63,396 nt of DNA, filler included, from Reticulomyxa filosa (GCA_000512085.1; 16 parts of 16 records of this genome joined end to end with filler, not necessarily neighbours in it); one strand, 5' to 3'; counted from the whole stretch's first letter, positions 12,713 through 25,764 are shown. Notes: generated by a model not told the origin, from the sequence alone. Numbers and translations: made by a program.

Positions 12713-13549
12713 TTAATGCGACCAAGACCAGTTACGAGGTTTTTGTTCAATACTATCACTGCTACTACTGCTGCTACTGTCACTGCTGTCACTGCTGTCA
12801 CTGCTGTCACTGCTGTCACTGCTGCTGTCACTGCTGCTACTGTCACTGCTACTGCTGCTGTCACTGCTACTACTGCTACTGTCACTGCTGTCACTGCTGC
12901 TGTCACTGCTGCTACTACTGCTAGATTCCGAGACTGAAATTGGACAAGATTGAGTGTTGCATGGAACAGTTCCATGGCTGCTGCCTGGACAATTTTCAAC
13001 TTGAATATTTTCATCACACACACTAACACAACGTCTGATGCGTGCCTGTTGACCTCCGCCGCATGGAGCACTGCAAGAGCCAAGGAGTTCCCAATCTGTC
13101 CATTGTCCGAAATTGCAGGAGTCTTTGCAAGGATTGGGTACAGAGACAAATGAATTGGTTGTGGTTAAGGTAGATGCACATCGATAACCTCCGCCTAAAG
13201 TAGCATCACCATTATCAGATATTGAAATATTTCCTTTCAAAACAATTTGTAAAGATTGCGATTGTCCAGCTTTGATATCCAAGAATTCAAAATGCCAATA
13301 ATTGGATTGAATAATAGCAGTAGGTATTGTTTCCAAAGTAATTGAGCGAAGATATCTATCAGATTGTGGTTCGCAATCACATCCCAAACGAATGGTAACA
13401 TCAGTTAATGGTGCAGGAGAATCATCAAGTATATTGCATGATGGATTAGGTAATGTTGCACTTGTGTTAACACGCCAAGATATTGTAGTTGTATCAGTAG
13501 CAATATTATAATATGATTGAATAAATTGAATAGACCATTCAGTATGTTC
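12713..13549 (-). CDS. Extracellular-type protein with Cys-containing domain + TSP1 repeat + Ser/Asp (SSD) tail (5' truncated)
   Basis: The frame is open from the contig end (EHTEWSIQF...[12 protein letters not shown]). TSP1 signature WTDW...CSAPCGGGQQARIRRC...PCNTQSC. Paralog of 38605-40122. Confidence 0.85.
   Translation of the reverse strand, partial: EHTEWSIQFIQSYYNIATDTTTISWRVNTSATLPNPSCNILDDSPAPLTDVTIRLGCDCEPQSDRYLRSITLETIPTAIIQSNYWHFEFLDIKAGQSQSLQIVLKGNISISDNGDATLGGGYRCASTLTTTNSFVSVPNPCKDSCNFGQWTDWELLGSCSAPCGGGQQARIRRCVSVCDENIQVENCPGSSHGTVPCNTQSCPISVSESSSSSSSDSSSDSSDSSSSSSDSSSSSDSSSSDSSSDSSDSSDSSDSSDSSSSSSSDSIEQKPRNWSWSH
12757..12922 (-). repeat. Coding (AGT/AGC/GAC)n repeat encoding SSD
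   Basis: Tandem 9-nt gtcactgct units on the plus strand. Confidence 0.95.
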
Positions 13550-13651
13550 AANNNNNNNNNNNNNNNNNNNNNNNNNNNNNNNNNNNNNNNNNNNNTTAAT
13601 TAATTAANNNNNNNNNNNNNNNNNNNNNNNNNNNNNNNNNNNNNNNNNNNN

Positions 13652-13686
<35 letters not shown>

Positions 13687-13693
<7 letters not shown>

Positions 13694-14757
13694 GAGATCT
13701 TGAAATTATAATTGCATATTGGGTTCGCTTCTTATCCATTAAGATAGGTTGGATTGATGAATTCAATATTATCATCACTCGTTATCTTCTTGTATGCCAT
13801 CGATTTATTTGTATTACTATTCCATTTTCTACGAAATGATACTAAATGAAATTTAAATACACAAATATAGATGAAATACTTTAAACCATCACACATAATG
13901 CTACAAAATTCAAGCTGTGTAACCAATGCAAGGTTTTTACCAGATGGGAAGCAAATTATTTCCTCGGCGCTTGATGGAGTCATTCGAATATGGGATGTAA
14001 AAACTGGTAAACAAGTACAACTACTAGAAAATGGTCCGAGTTTTGCCAGTGATTTGCAATTTTCGCGAGATGGTAATAGAGTTGTATTTTGTTTAGGTGG
14101 CACAAATATTCGATTGTGGGATATCAAAGCAGGACAAACATCCAAAAAATTACATGGACATACCCGCAATGTAACAAGCGTTCAATTTTCACCTGATGGA
14201 AACATGATTGCTTCTTCCTCAGTCGATGCAACAATTCGACTATGGGATGTGACATCTACACAACAAATACAAGTCTTGGAAGGACACGTGGACTGTGTGA
14301 ATTATGTAGCATTTTCAACGGATAGTCGACAACTTGTATCTGCATCAAGTGATCGCACCATTAGGATTTGGACTGTGTCGGGTGAAAGATAAAAACATTG
14401 CTAGGACATTCAAGTGGTGTCAATAAAGCAAAATTTTCTCAAAATGGTAAATTTGTTGTGTCTTGCTCAGTAGATTTTACAACTGGAATATGGAATGTTG
14501 AATCGGGACAATTAATCATATCCCGAAAAGATTATCCGTTTGCAATGGATGCACAATTCTTTCCTGATGGGCAGACTGTCGTGTCATATTTATCAAACAA
14601 CCAAATTCAATTAATAGATGTCAAACTTGGAATGGATGTACAAGTCTTGAGAGGACATTGGGAGAATATAACAGGAATAGATATTTCATCAGACGGCAAT
14701 TTAATTTTGTCCTCTTCTAATGACTCAACAGTTCGGTTGTGGGAAGCGCTATTGTAA
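13687..14757 (+). CDS. WD40-repeat protein with W/GW mini-exon; 1-nt frameshift near 14388
   Basis: Mini-exon 13687-13791, intron 13792-13870, then WD40 ORFs 13871-14392 and 14398-14757. One extra A restores GEKIKTLLGHS. Confidence 0.85.
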
Positions 14758-16315
14758 ATGGCTTACAAACAAACCTTCCACAAATAATACAACTTGTTTA
14801 ATAAAACTATATTTTATCTGTGCAAATCGAGTTAAATCAGAATTAATTGACACATGTACACTAGAAATTAATATGAGTATATCTGAATCGCAAAAAAAAA
14901 AGGTTCAAAATAACTCTAAAAACAATATCTTTCTTCATGAACGGTTACTGAAAACCTTTATTGAAATATAGCAGCAAAGACAAACAATGGTGTTGTATTA
15001 TTTTTTCTCATTCACGAACTTAAAAGCCAAAAGAATATATCAAATAAATTTTTTTTGTGAAAAGGGTTGGAGTCTTTTATTATGAAAGGGATCCAATTAT
15101 AAAAATCATTCAATTTGATCAACAAATTGGACTTGATGTATAAGGCTTGTTCCTCCGAATCGCGTTTTATCGTAAGGGTATCCAGCTTGTAACCAATTTA
15201 CCAATAGTCAGTTAAATCAATTGTTTCCGGCACGAAAGCATATATGAAATATTGACTACATATGAAAATTTTTAAAACAAATTGTGTAGTTTTTAAATAT
15301 TACATCTTCCTAATTGTTTGAAAAATTCGAACAAAAATTTGTTGAAAAAAAGCATTAAAAACAACGATAATACTGTAGATTAAAGCCCTATTATACAAAC
15401 TCAAATAAAGGAACTGTGGGACCCGCTGTGTGCTAAATCTTCTTAACAACACAACTCACTTTGTCTAGTTCTTTAGTTTGTTTCCTTTCATTGTGTTGCA
15501 ATTATTTTCGTTAATTTACTTTCTTTTTCCTGAAATTACTTTTTGGAACTAAGTTCCCTTTCGTATTACACTTAGTCTCCTCACTATTCCTTCAATGTGG
15601 AGACTCAAACATTTGGCAATATTCAATCTGAAACAGTATCCTGTTTGTGCAAAGATTTACTTGTTACTTCTACCTTTTCATGTTATCTATCTTTTTTCAT
15701 CGCATTTCACTTACAGATAACATTATTTGTTTTAATGTCCTTTTACAAAATATTAAATATATGAAGTATATACATTTATATATTGCTTGACTTAAGTAAT
15801 GTACCTAATTTCTTTTTCAAATTGATTTATTTGTTGAATTGTTGATATTAATGACCATTAAAAATTATTGTGTATCATTCAACACTTTTATTTGCTTTTT
15901 CTTCCAATTAGTTCAAACTTAATATTTACATTAGACTTTTAACAGTTTTTGTATTTTTCTAATTAGACTATTTATCACAATATTATTTCTTTTTAATGTT
16001 TATTCTTTAATTAATAAATTACACTAAATTTTCTAGAAATATCTACATTTATACAATAATTCGATTATTGATTCTTTACTGAAATTTTATTTTCAACATT
16101 ATGCAATATTCATGCATATTATGTATAGTATGATAATGCTTTAGTTCGATTCAATGTACTTTAAATACATTTATTTATCTTTCTTCAAGTACAGTATATG
16201 CAAAGNNNNNNNNNNNNNNNNNNNNNNNNNNNNNNNNNNNNNNNNNNNNTTAATTAATTAANNNNNNNNNNNNNNNNNNNNNNNNNNNNNNNNNNNNNNN
16301 NNNNNAAAAAAATAA

Positions 16316-16349
<34 letters not shown>

Positions 16350-16369
16350 CTGGGGGGTTTGAAACATAG

Positions 16370-16729
16370 TTTGTTCATATTGGAACAACGGTATTATGGC
16401 GTCGCCAAAAATGTGTTGTCAAAGCGCCATTGGCACCCATCGTGGCTAGCACAGGTGAAATAATCCCATTGATGCCAAAAACAATGGAGGAAATCGAAGA
16501 GTTGGCGCAGCTGGTCATGAGCGGTAGTGTCGCTGTCGAAGAGTATTGCATCACCACACCCACGGAGGTTCGCATTGTTCCTGCGTCTTCCGTCCAATTG
16601 CTGTCGACCAGTCTTGATAACAAAGTCGACAAATATAAGACTGGACAAGCCTTTGAACCTCAGAGACAAGTTTTCTTCTCTTCTCTTTGTCCTTGTCCAC
16701 TGAACAAGACATCATACATACGGTGTTAA
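16370..16729 (+). CDS. Probable exon of a hypothetical protein
   Basis: GC-richer open frame at the contig start. No family recognised. Confidence 0.3.
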   Translation, partial: FVHIGTTVLWRRQKCVVKAPLAPIVASTGEIIPLMPKTMEEIEELAQLVMSGSVAVEEYCITTPTEVRIVPASSVQLLSTSLDNKVDKYKTGQAFEPQRQVFFSSLCPCPLNKTSYIRC

Positions 16730-19005
16730 TAGATTATGGATGACCTGACTTATATATCATTCCTCAAGAGCTTTTGGGGGTTTGCATAGCCCATTTTTTT
16801 CATTATACACAAACTGTCCAAAAAAAAAAAAAAAGGAACATAAGAAAAATGATACTTCTGAAGGAGTCTCTTTCAAAAAAAAATTGTGTGAGGTAAAAAC
16901 TTTTATTTCTTTTTACTTTTATTTAAGAATAATGGATTGTATATTTTTGGGGGGTGAAAGTCATACCATTCAATTCGCAAAGCAAAGCCGCAAAAAAAAA
17001 AAAAAATAGAGGGCAACAGCAAAAAAGAAAAGTAACTCAGAGGTTTTTGATTGATAAACAAAACAAGATCCACGTCTTAGAGGAAGTTGGCTAAACCTTA
17101 TTTTACTTTAGTATCCAATCCCCTTACTGCGATCAATCAAGAAAAAATAGTTTATAGGAAGTTTCATCTAAGCAGTACCAAGGGACAGTGTTTTTCTTTA
17201 TTTTTGCTCAGATCCTGGAGAAAAAAAGCGCAGATATTGTAATCTCTTTCTGTAATCCTATCTTTAGAATGAAAGGACTAGAAATAGCCGGAAAAGAGAA
17301 TATAAGAGCGATGAATCAAAATTAGATGACCTGAAAACTGTTACGTCAAGAGTGTTAGCACGACACGAAGATTACACGCAAATTACAGTGGCAACACATT
17401 TGGACTTGGCTTTGCGTGCCATCCAAAATTCACAGTGAAAACAGCCGCAATTGCAAGCGATTGCTACAAGAATGAAGGGATGCTGGTAGCTCGAGGCAAA
17501 ATACTGAACGTGGGGAGATGAAACAGACTTGTTGACTGGCTGTGCAAAGGAAGAATCAAATCACGAATGGTGCTTTGAAAAACAAATAGGTCTTGCAGAT
17601 AGGTGTTACTTTGCTCAGCTGATGGCAAATCAGGCCGAATCATCAATTTCAAAGTTGGTTCAATCTTATCTAACAACAATTTAAATGAACACATTTTTTT
17701 AAAGATGACAACAAACAAGAAATATGAATGAGAGTTTAAATAAGGAAAAATTTCAAAATTAATGGAAATAACGGACTAATAATGGTGTAGAATGCTTTGT
17801 ACAATGGCTTCAAAAGAATTATCAACAAAGTAATTTCTCTTTCATTTACATTCCATCATGATAAATGCAATGATTTCTTGCTAGCAATGAAAGTGATTTT
17901 ACATTGTATTCGCCGAACGATACATTGAATTTTTTCCGTTTGGACTGTATTTGCTTAGAAGAAATATTACTTTGATCATAAAGTGTGGCAGTATTAAAAA
18001 TGAAAATGGAATTGGAATATCTAATTCAAGATGAGCTATCTGTGGATTAAACATTTTCAATATTCTATTAAATTTTCTAGATTGAAATTTCCTTCACATT
18101 CTGGTCTGAGAAAGATAAAAACACAAAGAAGAATAGTATTAGTGGTGAGATGGATATGGAATAAAAGAAAATGAAAAAATTCTGGAAAATGGGAAAATAG
18201 GAGAATTGCATGGGGAAGAAACACTATAGAACAGATTTATTATGATATTTATGGGAGCTCTGGTTGTAATGAGAATGATATATAGCAAGTGAGGAGGAGA
18301 AGTGATTCACTAGTCATTGAACAACATTTGATCAATGATAGTGTCTTACGAAGCGGGAAAAATTAAAAAATTCACAACTTATGGAAATATTTTGAAGGAG
18401 TTATCCATTTCAATTGAAATCCAATCAAATTATAACAAGTATCCACACATTCTTGATGCCATTGTTTGTGATTAGATAAATGTAAGACTTCCCAATCAAA
18501 GCAGAACTGGTAGAATTACTCCAAACGTTATTCATCAATCGAAAATTTAAAAAAGAAATGTATCTTTTTTGGAATCCTCTAAACGTTGTTAATTTTGGTT
18601 TATGCATCGGAAAAATAGAAATATAAAATTTCCAAAATATGTTGGCAACAAAATTTTCTACTTTTTTCAATCCTTTGAAACAAAAATGAGAAGTTGTTTG
18701 GCTACGAGATTTATAGAGTACTACTTCCAAAAAAAGTTGATGATGTAAACATTGAAAAAGACCAGCAGTAGATTGAACTAATAATAACTTCCTTTCTTTG
18801 TCAAATGGACCAACATATTCGCTAGCCTTTTCCGATAAAATAGTAACCTCTCACAAAAATGGCCAAACTTTGAACAAAGAAATGACAAGTTGAAGTGCGA
18901 AATGGGTTGTCCATCGAAGAAATTTTAAAGAAAAAGATAAAACAATAATGAAAGAATTATTGAGTAATCTTTCGCTTCCACAACAATGTAAAATGTGCAG
19001 ATTAT

Positions 19006-20572
19006 CTATGAATGAATGAATGAATGTAAAACAGGATCAACATCTTTGGAAGTGTAGTGTTGGAAGAAGGTCCGAAAATATTGTGAAAAAGTGAATGTCC
19101 TCCAATCCAAGTTGATATTACGAGGTAAATGTACATGATCGAGATAAAGTGGATAAGAAAAATTTTGGAGAAAAACGTGATTGACAATAGTAGGACAGTT
19201 TAAGAACGTAGTTAATTGGGACCACAACTGTTGAGGATTTTGTGACAAATTAAGAACCAAAAAGTCATCCGAACGGTTTTGAAAATACGTGAAAACTTTA
19301 AAGTTATGAATTTCATATCTACGAGCAACGAGCATAGCAAACTCTTGTAAATGAACTCCATACAATTTGTGGCGCGTACTATTCTTCTTATCCAATGCTA
19401 TAACATGAGGATGACTTGCATTGGCACCTTTCCAAAATGGAGAAGATCCAAATGTATGTGCATTAAGTCGCAAATGCATTTGCATTTCACTGTTGACCAT
19501 TCCCCACGTATCATTCTGAACAGTTAAAATAAACTTGGAACCGGGATACCACTGATCTAATAGCGCGTATAAAAATGTCCATGGTTCATTTCCGACACTT
19601 GCACTTCGATCACACCAATCACATAAATCTCGCAAATAAAAATGATTGTCATATATCCATTGAATATCATCTGCACTCGTCAACATCTTTTTCCAAGTAT
19701 CTAATTTGGTCATCCCGTATTCCCAACCAGGTACAAGTTGACATGTGCGCCAATAACATCGATATCCAAGTCCTCGCAATGTCTCCTCCATCCATGTGAT
19801 ACCAGTGTTGAACATTCCAATTACAAACACTCTTCGTTTATGTTTACAAACACTCGTCATCGCTTTTTTATTCATTACCAATGCTCGTGGTCTCGGCTTT
19901 TCACTCCATATATCTATGTTCGGATATGGATTGTAATTGCTTTTCTTCAATTTTGAAAGAGGAGCATTTTTGTGTTTGGAGAATTTTAATAGCCATTTGT
20001 ATTCAATATTTTCTTCCCACCTCTCTTCTCCTTCTTCATCTTCTTCTTCTTCTCTTCCTTTATTATCTTCAAGAGGCCCTTTTGTTATATCTTCCGTTAT
20101 CGCGCCACGCTGTATCACATATTTGTACATGTTGGAATCGACCAGATCTTTTACACCTTTTTTCAAGGAGGGGGGGGAGGGGATATGGGTGCATCATTGA
20201 AGTGGTTATGTCAAGTTTACTGTGTTCGCTCCTCTTTCCCCTCCCTCAAGTCATTTTGTTATGTGGTTCAAAGTCTTGTGATATACACATAATGAAATAC
20301 ATTTAATTTTTTTATTTATTACCAAAATAAGATCGATCACAACCAGCTTGAATTGTCTTAATCTGCTTTTTCAATTCTATAATTTGGAAATTTGTTTTTT
20401 GCGATTCTTTTTTGCAAGATTCCATGTGGTAATTACTACCGCCTATGGTTATCACATTCATCCTTTCCAAGAGTTTCAACGATGTCCACGAAAGTACAAC
20501 CAGCAGACACAACGTGAGAAAATATCTTCTTCTCCAACAACATTGCTGTCCATTGTTCGATTTTTTGCTCAT
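19006..20572 (-). CDS. Type II membrane sulfotransferase-family (Sulfotransfer_4-like) protein
   Basis: N-terminal signal anchor (RRRYFLTLCLLVVLSW). Motifs RVFVIGMFNTGITW...LGY, EPW...YPGSKFILTV, H..V..YF...FLVLNL, W..L..FL. The junction between the two exons (20166-20321) is unresolved. Confidence 0.75.
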
Positions 20573-21714
20573 AATTACAAACAATTGTGAGGATTAAGCA
20601 CAATGAAAAGAAGGCCACATGATACTTGTTTTTATTATCGAGACTTTTTTTGTTCAGTTAAAAAGCGGGCGGCAGGAAACGCTCTTGAAACATTTTGTTT
20701 CGTTAGCAAAAGCATGTGATGCCGTGTTAGTTTCGAAGCATCGGCGTAATTGTGCACTTCGATATACCAACATCACCAACAAATACTTACAAAGAAAGCA
20801 ATATGTAGTATTTCTTTTGGCACTGTTTACGTAATGTGTAAATATCCAAGAGCATAAAAAAAATATTATATCAACAAACATACTACAGTAAAATTTTTTA
20901 AAAATGTAAATTTTTAGTTTTTTAAAAAACTTAATAATTTGCAATTGTAAAAAGAAATCATATTCGACAAAAACATAAAGCATGTAAACAAAGGAACAAC
21001 ACCCAACAACCGACTACGCACACGCTCAAACGAAACAAAAAGATAAACTTATACACGTTATATTGATTCATAAATAAAAACAATTTATAATTAACAATAA
21101 TTTTTTATTTGTTGTTTAAAATTGTTAATTATTTCATTAAAGTTCCCTGGATCAAGAGATAAATATTTTCGTTTGCTGTCTGATTCGCTATTTCGTTGAT
21201 ATTAACTTTCGATTCCGATTCAAAGTTATGTTGTAACTTTTCATTTTTTTCTGTTTGGCTTGTTTGTTGCCTATGATGAAAGTCAACTTTTTTAACTTAG
21301 ATGCTTATTTATGACTTGTACACTAAAAACGTTATACACCCGTTTTCCTTTTCAAATATTTCAGTAGGATATCAATTATACTAACTCAAAATGAGTGTAC
21401 AAGACAAATTCAATCGATAAATGTAGCATAAACCCAATAACATGATTGTGTGAAACTTAAGAGGCTTGATCACAAATGGATCAAAGTTAACAAATTTGAA
21501 AGCATTGGAATGAACGGATGAAGGGGTATTGAAAACAAAATAACATTCAACAAAACAAAAGTAATTTGATAAACAAACTACAAAACAAAACTTTAAATGT
21601 CACCAAGGTATTTAGCATTGAAAATAACTTTATGCATTATTTGTTTCTCTCCCTCTTTCAATCCCTAAGATCCAACACAATAAGTGTTTTGTAGTGTTGT
21701 TTTTTTTGTTTTGC

Positions 21715-21898
21715 TTAGGGTTTGTTCCCAACTCCACCAGCCAGCTCATAAACTGCTCTGCTGACTAACGTGTTTATTTCCTCCGCATCACTAGAAGTGA
21801 GCCCCTCACTATAAACACGGACGATATCTTCGGTACCAGATGGCCTTACAAACGCACGTCCACTTCGATATCTTGCCACAATCTCATCAATTCGTTTC

Positions 21899-21935
<37 letters not shown>

Positions 21936-23455
21936 TACATTATCTAACTCAAAGTACAAAGCCTTAGAAAAAAAAACAAAACCTGTAATCCCACAGGCTT
22001 GACACAAGTTTGTTCAGCGTTAGTGGTTTCAAAAACTTTTCGATCGTTGACTTTCATGGCGGTGAGTGAGCTCGGTCTATCTTGGTAGATTGCATTCCAT
22101 TGCGCGATAGTCCACTGCAGCACGTGCAGAGACAGTTCGACGAGCAACAGCCCCGTGAGCGCATCTCCGACGGCCTGATTGGACAGGCGATGACAAAGCA
22201 AGAGCATTTCAACGGCTTGCTTTTCTTTCGAAGTCGTGTTTGTATCGCTGAGCTTTTGTTCCAACTTTTCGATTGCAGTGTCTCTGATCAAGAGTGCGCC
22301 ATGGCCATTGGCTTCAAAGTACAAGCCCACGTCATAACGGATTGCCTCCAAGTGCAAATATTTCACTCCAGTCTTCGTGCACACGGGCTCGATATTCAGT
22401 ACCTTTTTCAAATAGTCTGTGGACGCGCCGTTTGCATACGCAGTTTGGACTACACCAATCTATATACATATCATGTACCACATATGAGTACAAGCAAATA
22501 TTTGCAAAAAAAAAAAAATTTGAAATAATATACACAAACAAATAAGCAAACTGACAGTCAAAGAAACATTGGCTTGATCAAGGAATTTTTTTAAAAATGT
22601 AAAAAACAAACACATTTGTTTGTCTCCATCCAAGATGTGCAAGTGATTGCGCTGATCAACATAATAATATATTAACCGATCACAATCGCCATCCACTGAA
22701 GCCAATCTCGCCTGTCTCCAATTGCCGATCACATGAGGTGTTTTTTCCTTTTTTCCTTTTCATCACTCAACAACTCTCGTAGTCCGACAGGCAGTTGCCT
22801 TTTTTTCTAAACGTTCAATATCAAAAACGCCCCCTTTTTCTTGTGAATACATTTTAACAAAGAAAAAAAAAAAAAAAAATTGAAACTTGGACGTGTTCGG
22901 CCCCGCACTCGTGATTGACCTTCCATTCAGGACTCGGAATATGCACTAAATGGATGTTCAAGGTATCATCTAATAGTGTGCACAATTGCTGGAATGCAAT
23001 GCCACCGACGCCATTGGCACAATCGACAACCAAATCGCCATTTAGCTTCACCCCTTTTTTCGCTCCGGACGCTTGCAAACATTTGAAAAAGGCATCGCAC
23101 GTATTGTCCAAATATTGTTGGCTTTCCACTGTCGCACATATGTGTTGCCGATTCGCATAGCGTACCAAATAGTGTAACTGTGGCGTTGTTACTTCTCCAA
23201 AGTCTCTAAATTATATATGTATATGCATAAAAATATTTATTTATATAAAATATGTGTGTGTGTGCTACAAAAGCACACAACCCTTTGTGTAATACCTGAC
23301 AAGCACTTCACAAGCAACTGATTGGCATGCACGGATAAGCAGTTTGGCAAATCGACTCGAATGTGGACGCGTATCTCGTCCGATAAATATAATCGGACGT
23401 ACATTTTTATGGGGCAATTCTTCATACATCACTTCCAAATAATGCAATACTTCCT
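21715..23455 (-). CDS. PGM3: Phosphoacetylglucosamine mutase (5' truncated)
   Basis: GRDTRPHS, TTPQLHY, VDCANGVG, SVDGDCDRL, KTGVKYLH, GLYFEANGHG, NQAVGDA, RAFVRPSGTED; stop at 21715-21717. Confidence 0.95.
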
Positions 23456-23589
23456 TGCAAAAAAGTTTAAAAAAAAAAAAAAAAAAAAANNNNNNNNNNN
23501 NNNNNNNNNNNNNNNNNNNNNNNNNNNNNNNNNTTAATTAATTAANNNNNNNNNNNNNNNNNNNNNNNNNNNNNNNNNNNNNNNNNNNN

Positions 23590-23628
<39 letters not shown>

Positions 23629-23629
23629 A

Positions 23630-24589
23630 GCCATTGGAAAAAGAGCCACGAAATATTTTGACGTGCAAGTTGGACACATTGACGCTGAACTACAACGCAG
23701 AGTGTATATTGCATTTGGTGATGTTCTTCAAGTCCGTTCAAAAGATTACGGACTTGGCAGAAGAGAGAATGCCCCACCAGCGGTCTTTGAGCGCATCGCT
23801 TTCCCACGAGACGAAAAAAAAAGAAAAAGACAGCTCCGTATCGTTAAAAGTGATGTACAGATTTCAGCAATTGAATATACGCTTGAACAAGCCGCATCGT
23901 CTGCGACATGTGGCGCAGCTTGGGTTGGCCGAAACGAACATTGGTTTTTGTCTGTACGGTGACTATTCGTATGTGTTGCAAGGAGAGATTGGCAATCTAA
24001 CAGCGGTCGATTTGACCAACGAAGGGAGTGAAGGCAGCTCGTTACGAACGAAACCTCCGACGATATTGGGATTGATCGACACCGCGGATGAAAGCAGCAC
24101 AGCGAGTCCAGCGACCTCGCGAGCAAAGACAAACAAAGTATTGTTGACGTTTTCCTATCAAGTGGCGTTATTCGATACAGTGAAATGGAGGTATCGTACG
24201 CAATTGAAGGCATCGATATCGTCAATGCGATTTGTATATCACCAACAATTGGTAATGGAAATAATGGACTACATCCAGTCGGGAATGCTCGGACTAATGT
24301 CCACGCCGTTTCAACGCGAAGCGTCCACCAGTCTGCCTCTGTCACCTACAGGCTCCAGTGCTAGTTCCAATTCCAGCTCCAAGTCTTTGCAGAGCAAGTC
24401 CGAGTCGATCCAAAGGTCCGAAGGCGAGGTGGCTTCAGCGCCGGACATGGAGACTGCCATCAGGTATTCCATTACCATTAACAAGCCGGTCATTGCCTTT
24501 CCCTTGCATCGACACAGCGAAAACACCATCGACTTGGATTTGGGCTCGATTCGTATTACAAACCAGGTGCGAATGCACAGTGTTGCGAC
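23630..24589 (+). CDS. VPS13: VPS13-family lipid transfer protein, internal fragment
   Basis: Repeating beta-groove pattern: GEIGNLTAVDLT, LLTFSY, LKASISSMRFVYHQQLVMEIMDY, INKPVIAFP...DLDLGSIRITN. Confidence 0.75.
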
Positions 24590-24689
24590 NNNNNNNNNNN
24601 NNNNNNNNNNNNNNNNNNNNNNNNNNNNNNNNNTTAATTAATTAANNNNNNNNNNNNNNNNNNNNNNNNNNNNNNNNNNNNNNNNNNNN

Positions 24690-25348
24690 TCGGATGTAGA
24701 CGCACTGCGAGAAGAAGTTAGGCTTTTTTTTTTTTTTCCCTTCGTGTCACTCACTACTTTTGCATATATGCGGTTTACGTCCTTGTCGTTTTGAAATAGC
24801 TGATGAATAATGACTACTCGGCAGAAACCAAAGATGTCCATGTTCCTGCGTGCATGCTGAAAGAATGGCTACGAGGATTGAATGATTCGCTCATTCCAAG
24901 CACATATTATGAAATATGTGTGTCAATGGCCAAAGAAAAACAAAAGTTGGATCACAAAACTTTGGATGTGTTTTTGTCACAGTTGCCAGGTAATGGTTGG
25001 GCCGTACTATTTTTTTTTTTTTTTTTTTTTTTTTTGTCTTCATTGTTTACTGTTATCCCATTTTATTTTTTTTTTTAGTAGTGTGACAAAATGCTGAGAG
25101 GAGTAAACGGACAAAAAAAAAAAAAATTAGAGGAAAACAGAGAAAGCATCCGATATTTGGTATCTTTTTTGAAAAAAATGCTGCAACCAGAACATGTGGA
25201 ACTCACAAAAATGAATTTGGAAAATCTCTCCATTGTGTTTGCTCCGACCATACTCAAATGTCCCTCTGATGATCCCACTGTGTTGATACAAAACAACAAA
25301 TTTGAAAAAGATTTTATACTTCAAATGATTACCAATTTAAATGTGTAA
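24690..25348 (+). CDS. RhoGAP domain protein, C-terminal exons
   Basis: DVHVPACMLKEWLRGLNDSLIP, then NRESIRYLVSFL...TKMNLENLSIVFAPTIL; two introns. Confidence 0.9.
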
Positions 25349-25764
25349 GTTGTTTGATCGTAGGTGTTTTCTTTGAAATGTTTGGTTTGTGATATGGACT
25401 TTTGTAGAGTAGGCCTCGTTTTTTTTCTTTGTCATAAATCGAGAATTTATCTTCCTCGTCCAAGTTGATTGTAAGAAGAAAAAGTAGTTGTAGGCTAAGG
25501 TCAAATCATTTGATAGTTTATGAACTGCCAAGCTTGATATACAGTTTTCAAAAAACAAAAAATTAAAGTGTAGTCTATAATACCCTATTTCTCTCACAAC
25601 ATGCTTTGTTGTTTCGTAGAGTATTAGCAAGAATCAAGAATTATGTTGACAAATGTTGTGTTCACTAGGATTATTTTCTGCACTGAAACAAAGTTCACAA
25701 AAAAAAAAAAAAAAAACTTTAAAAAAGGGGGGTAAGATTATCAATCAATAATCGAACATTATCA

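Noticed and set aside
12552-13551. Two contigs of exactly 1000 bp (also 23590-24589)
   Set aside because: Most likely a length cut-off or processing artefact rather than biology such as nanochromosomes; no telomeric repeats are seen.
14384-14398. Euplotes-style programmed frameshift or stop-codon reassignment
   Set aside because: There is no shared slippery-stop motif, shift directions differ among sites, and intact genes use standard stops. Homopolymer error is simpler.
15574-15605. Small hairpin AGTCTCC...GGAGACT
   Set aside because: A 7-bp stem is expected by chance in 63 kb.
17000-18950. Possible decayed retroelement or pseudogene
   Set aside because: The composition is coding-like in patches, but I could not identify any RT, endonuclease or other motif.
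23630-24589. Functional linkage of VPS13 with the XK-like gene or other neighbours
   Set aside because: They are on different contigs joined artificially.
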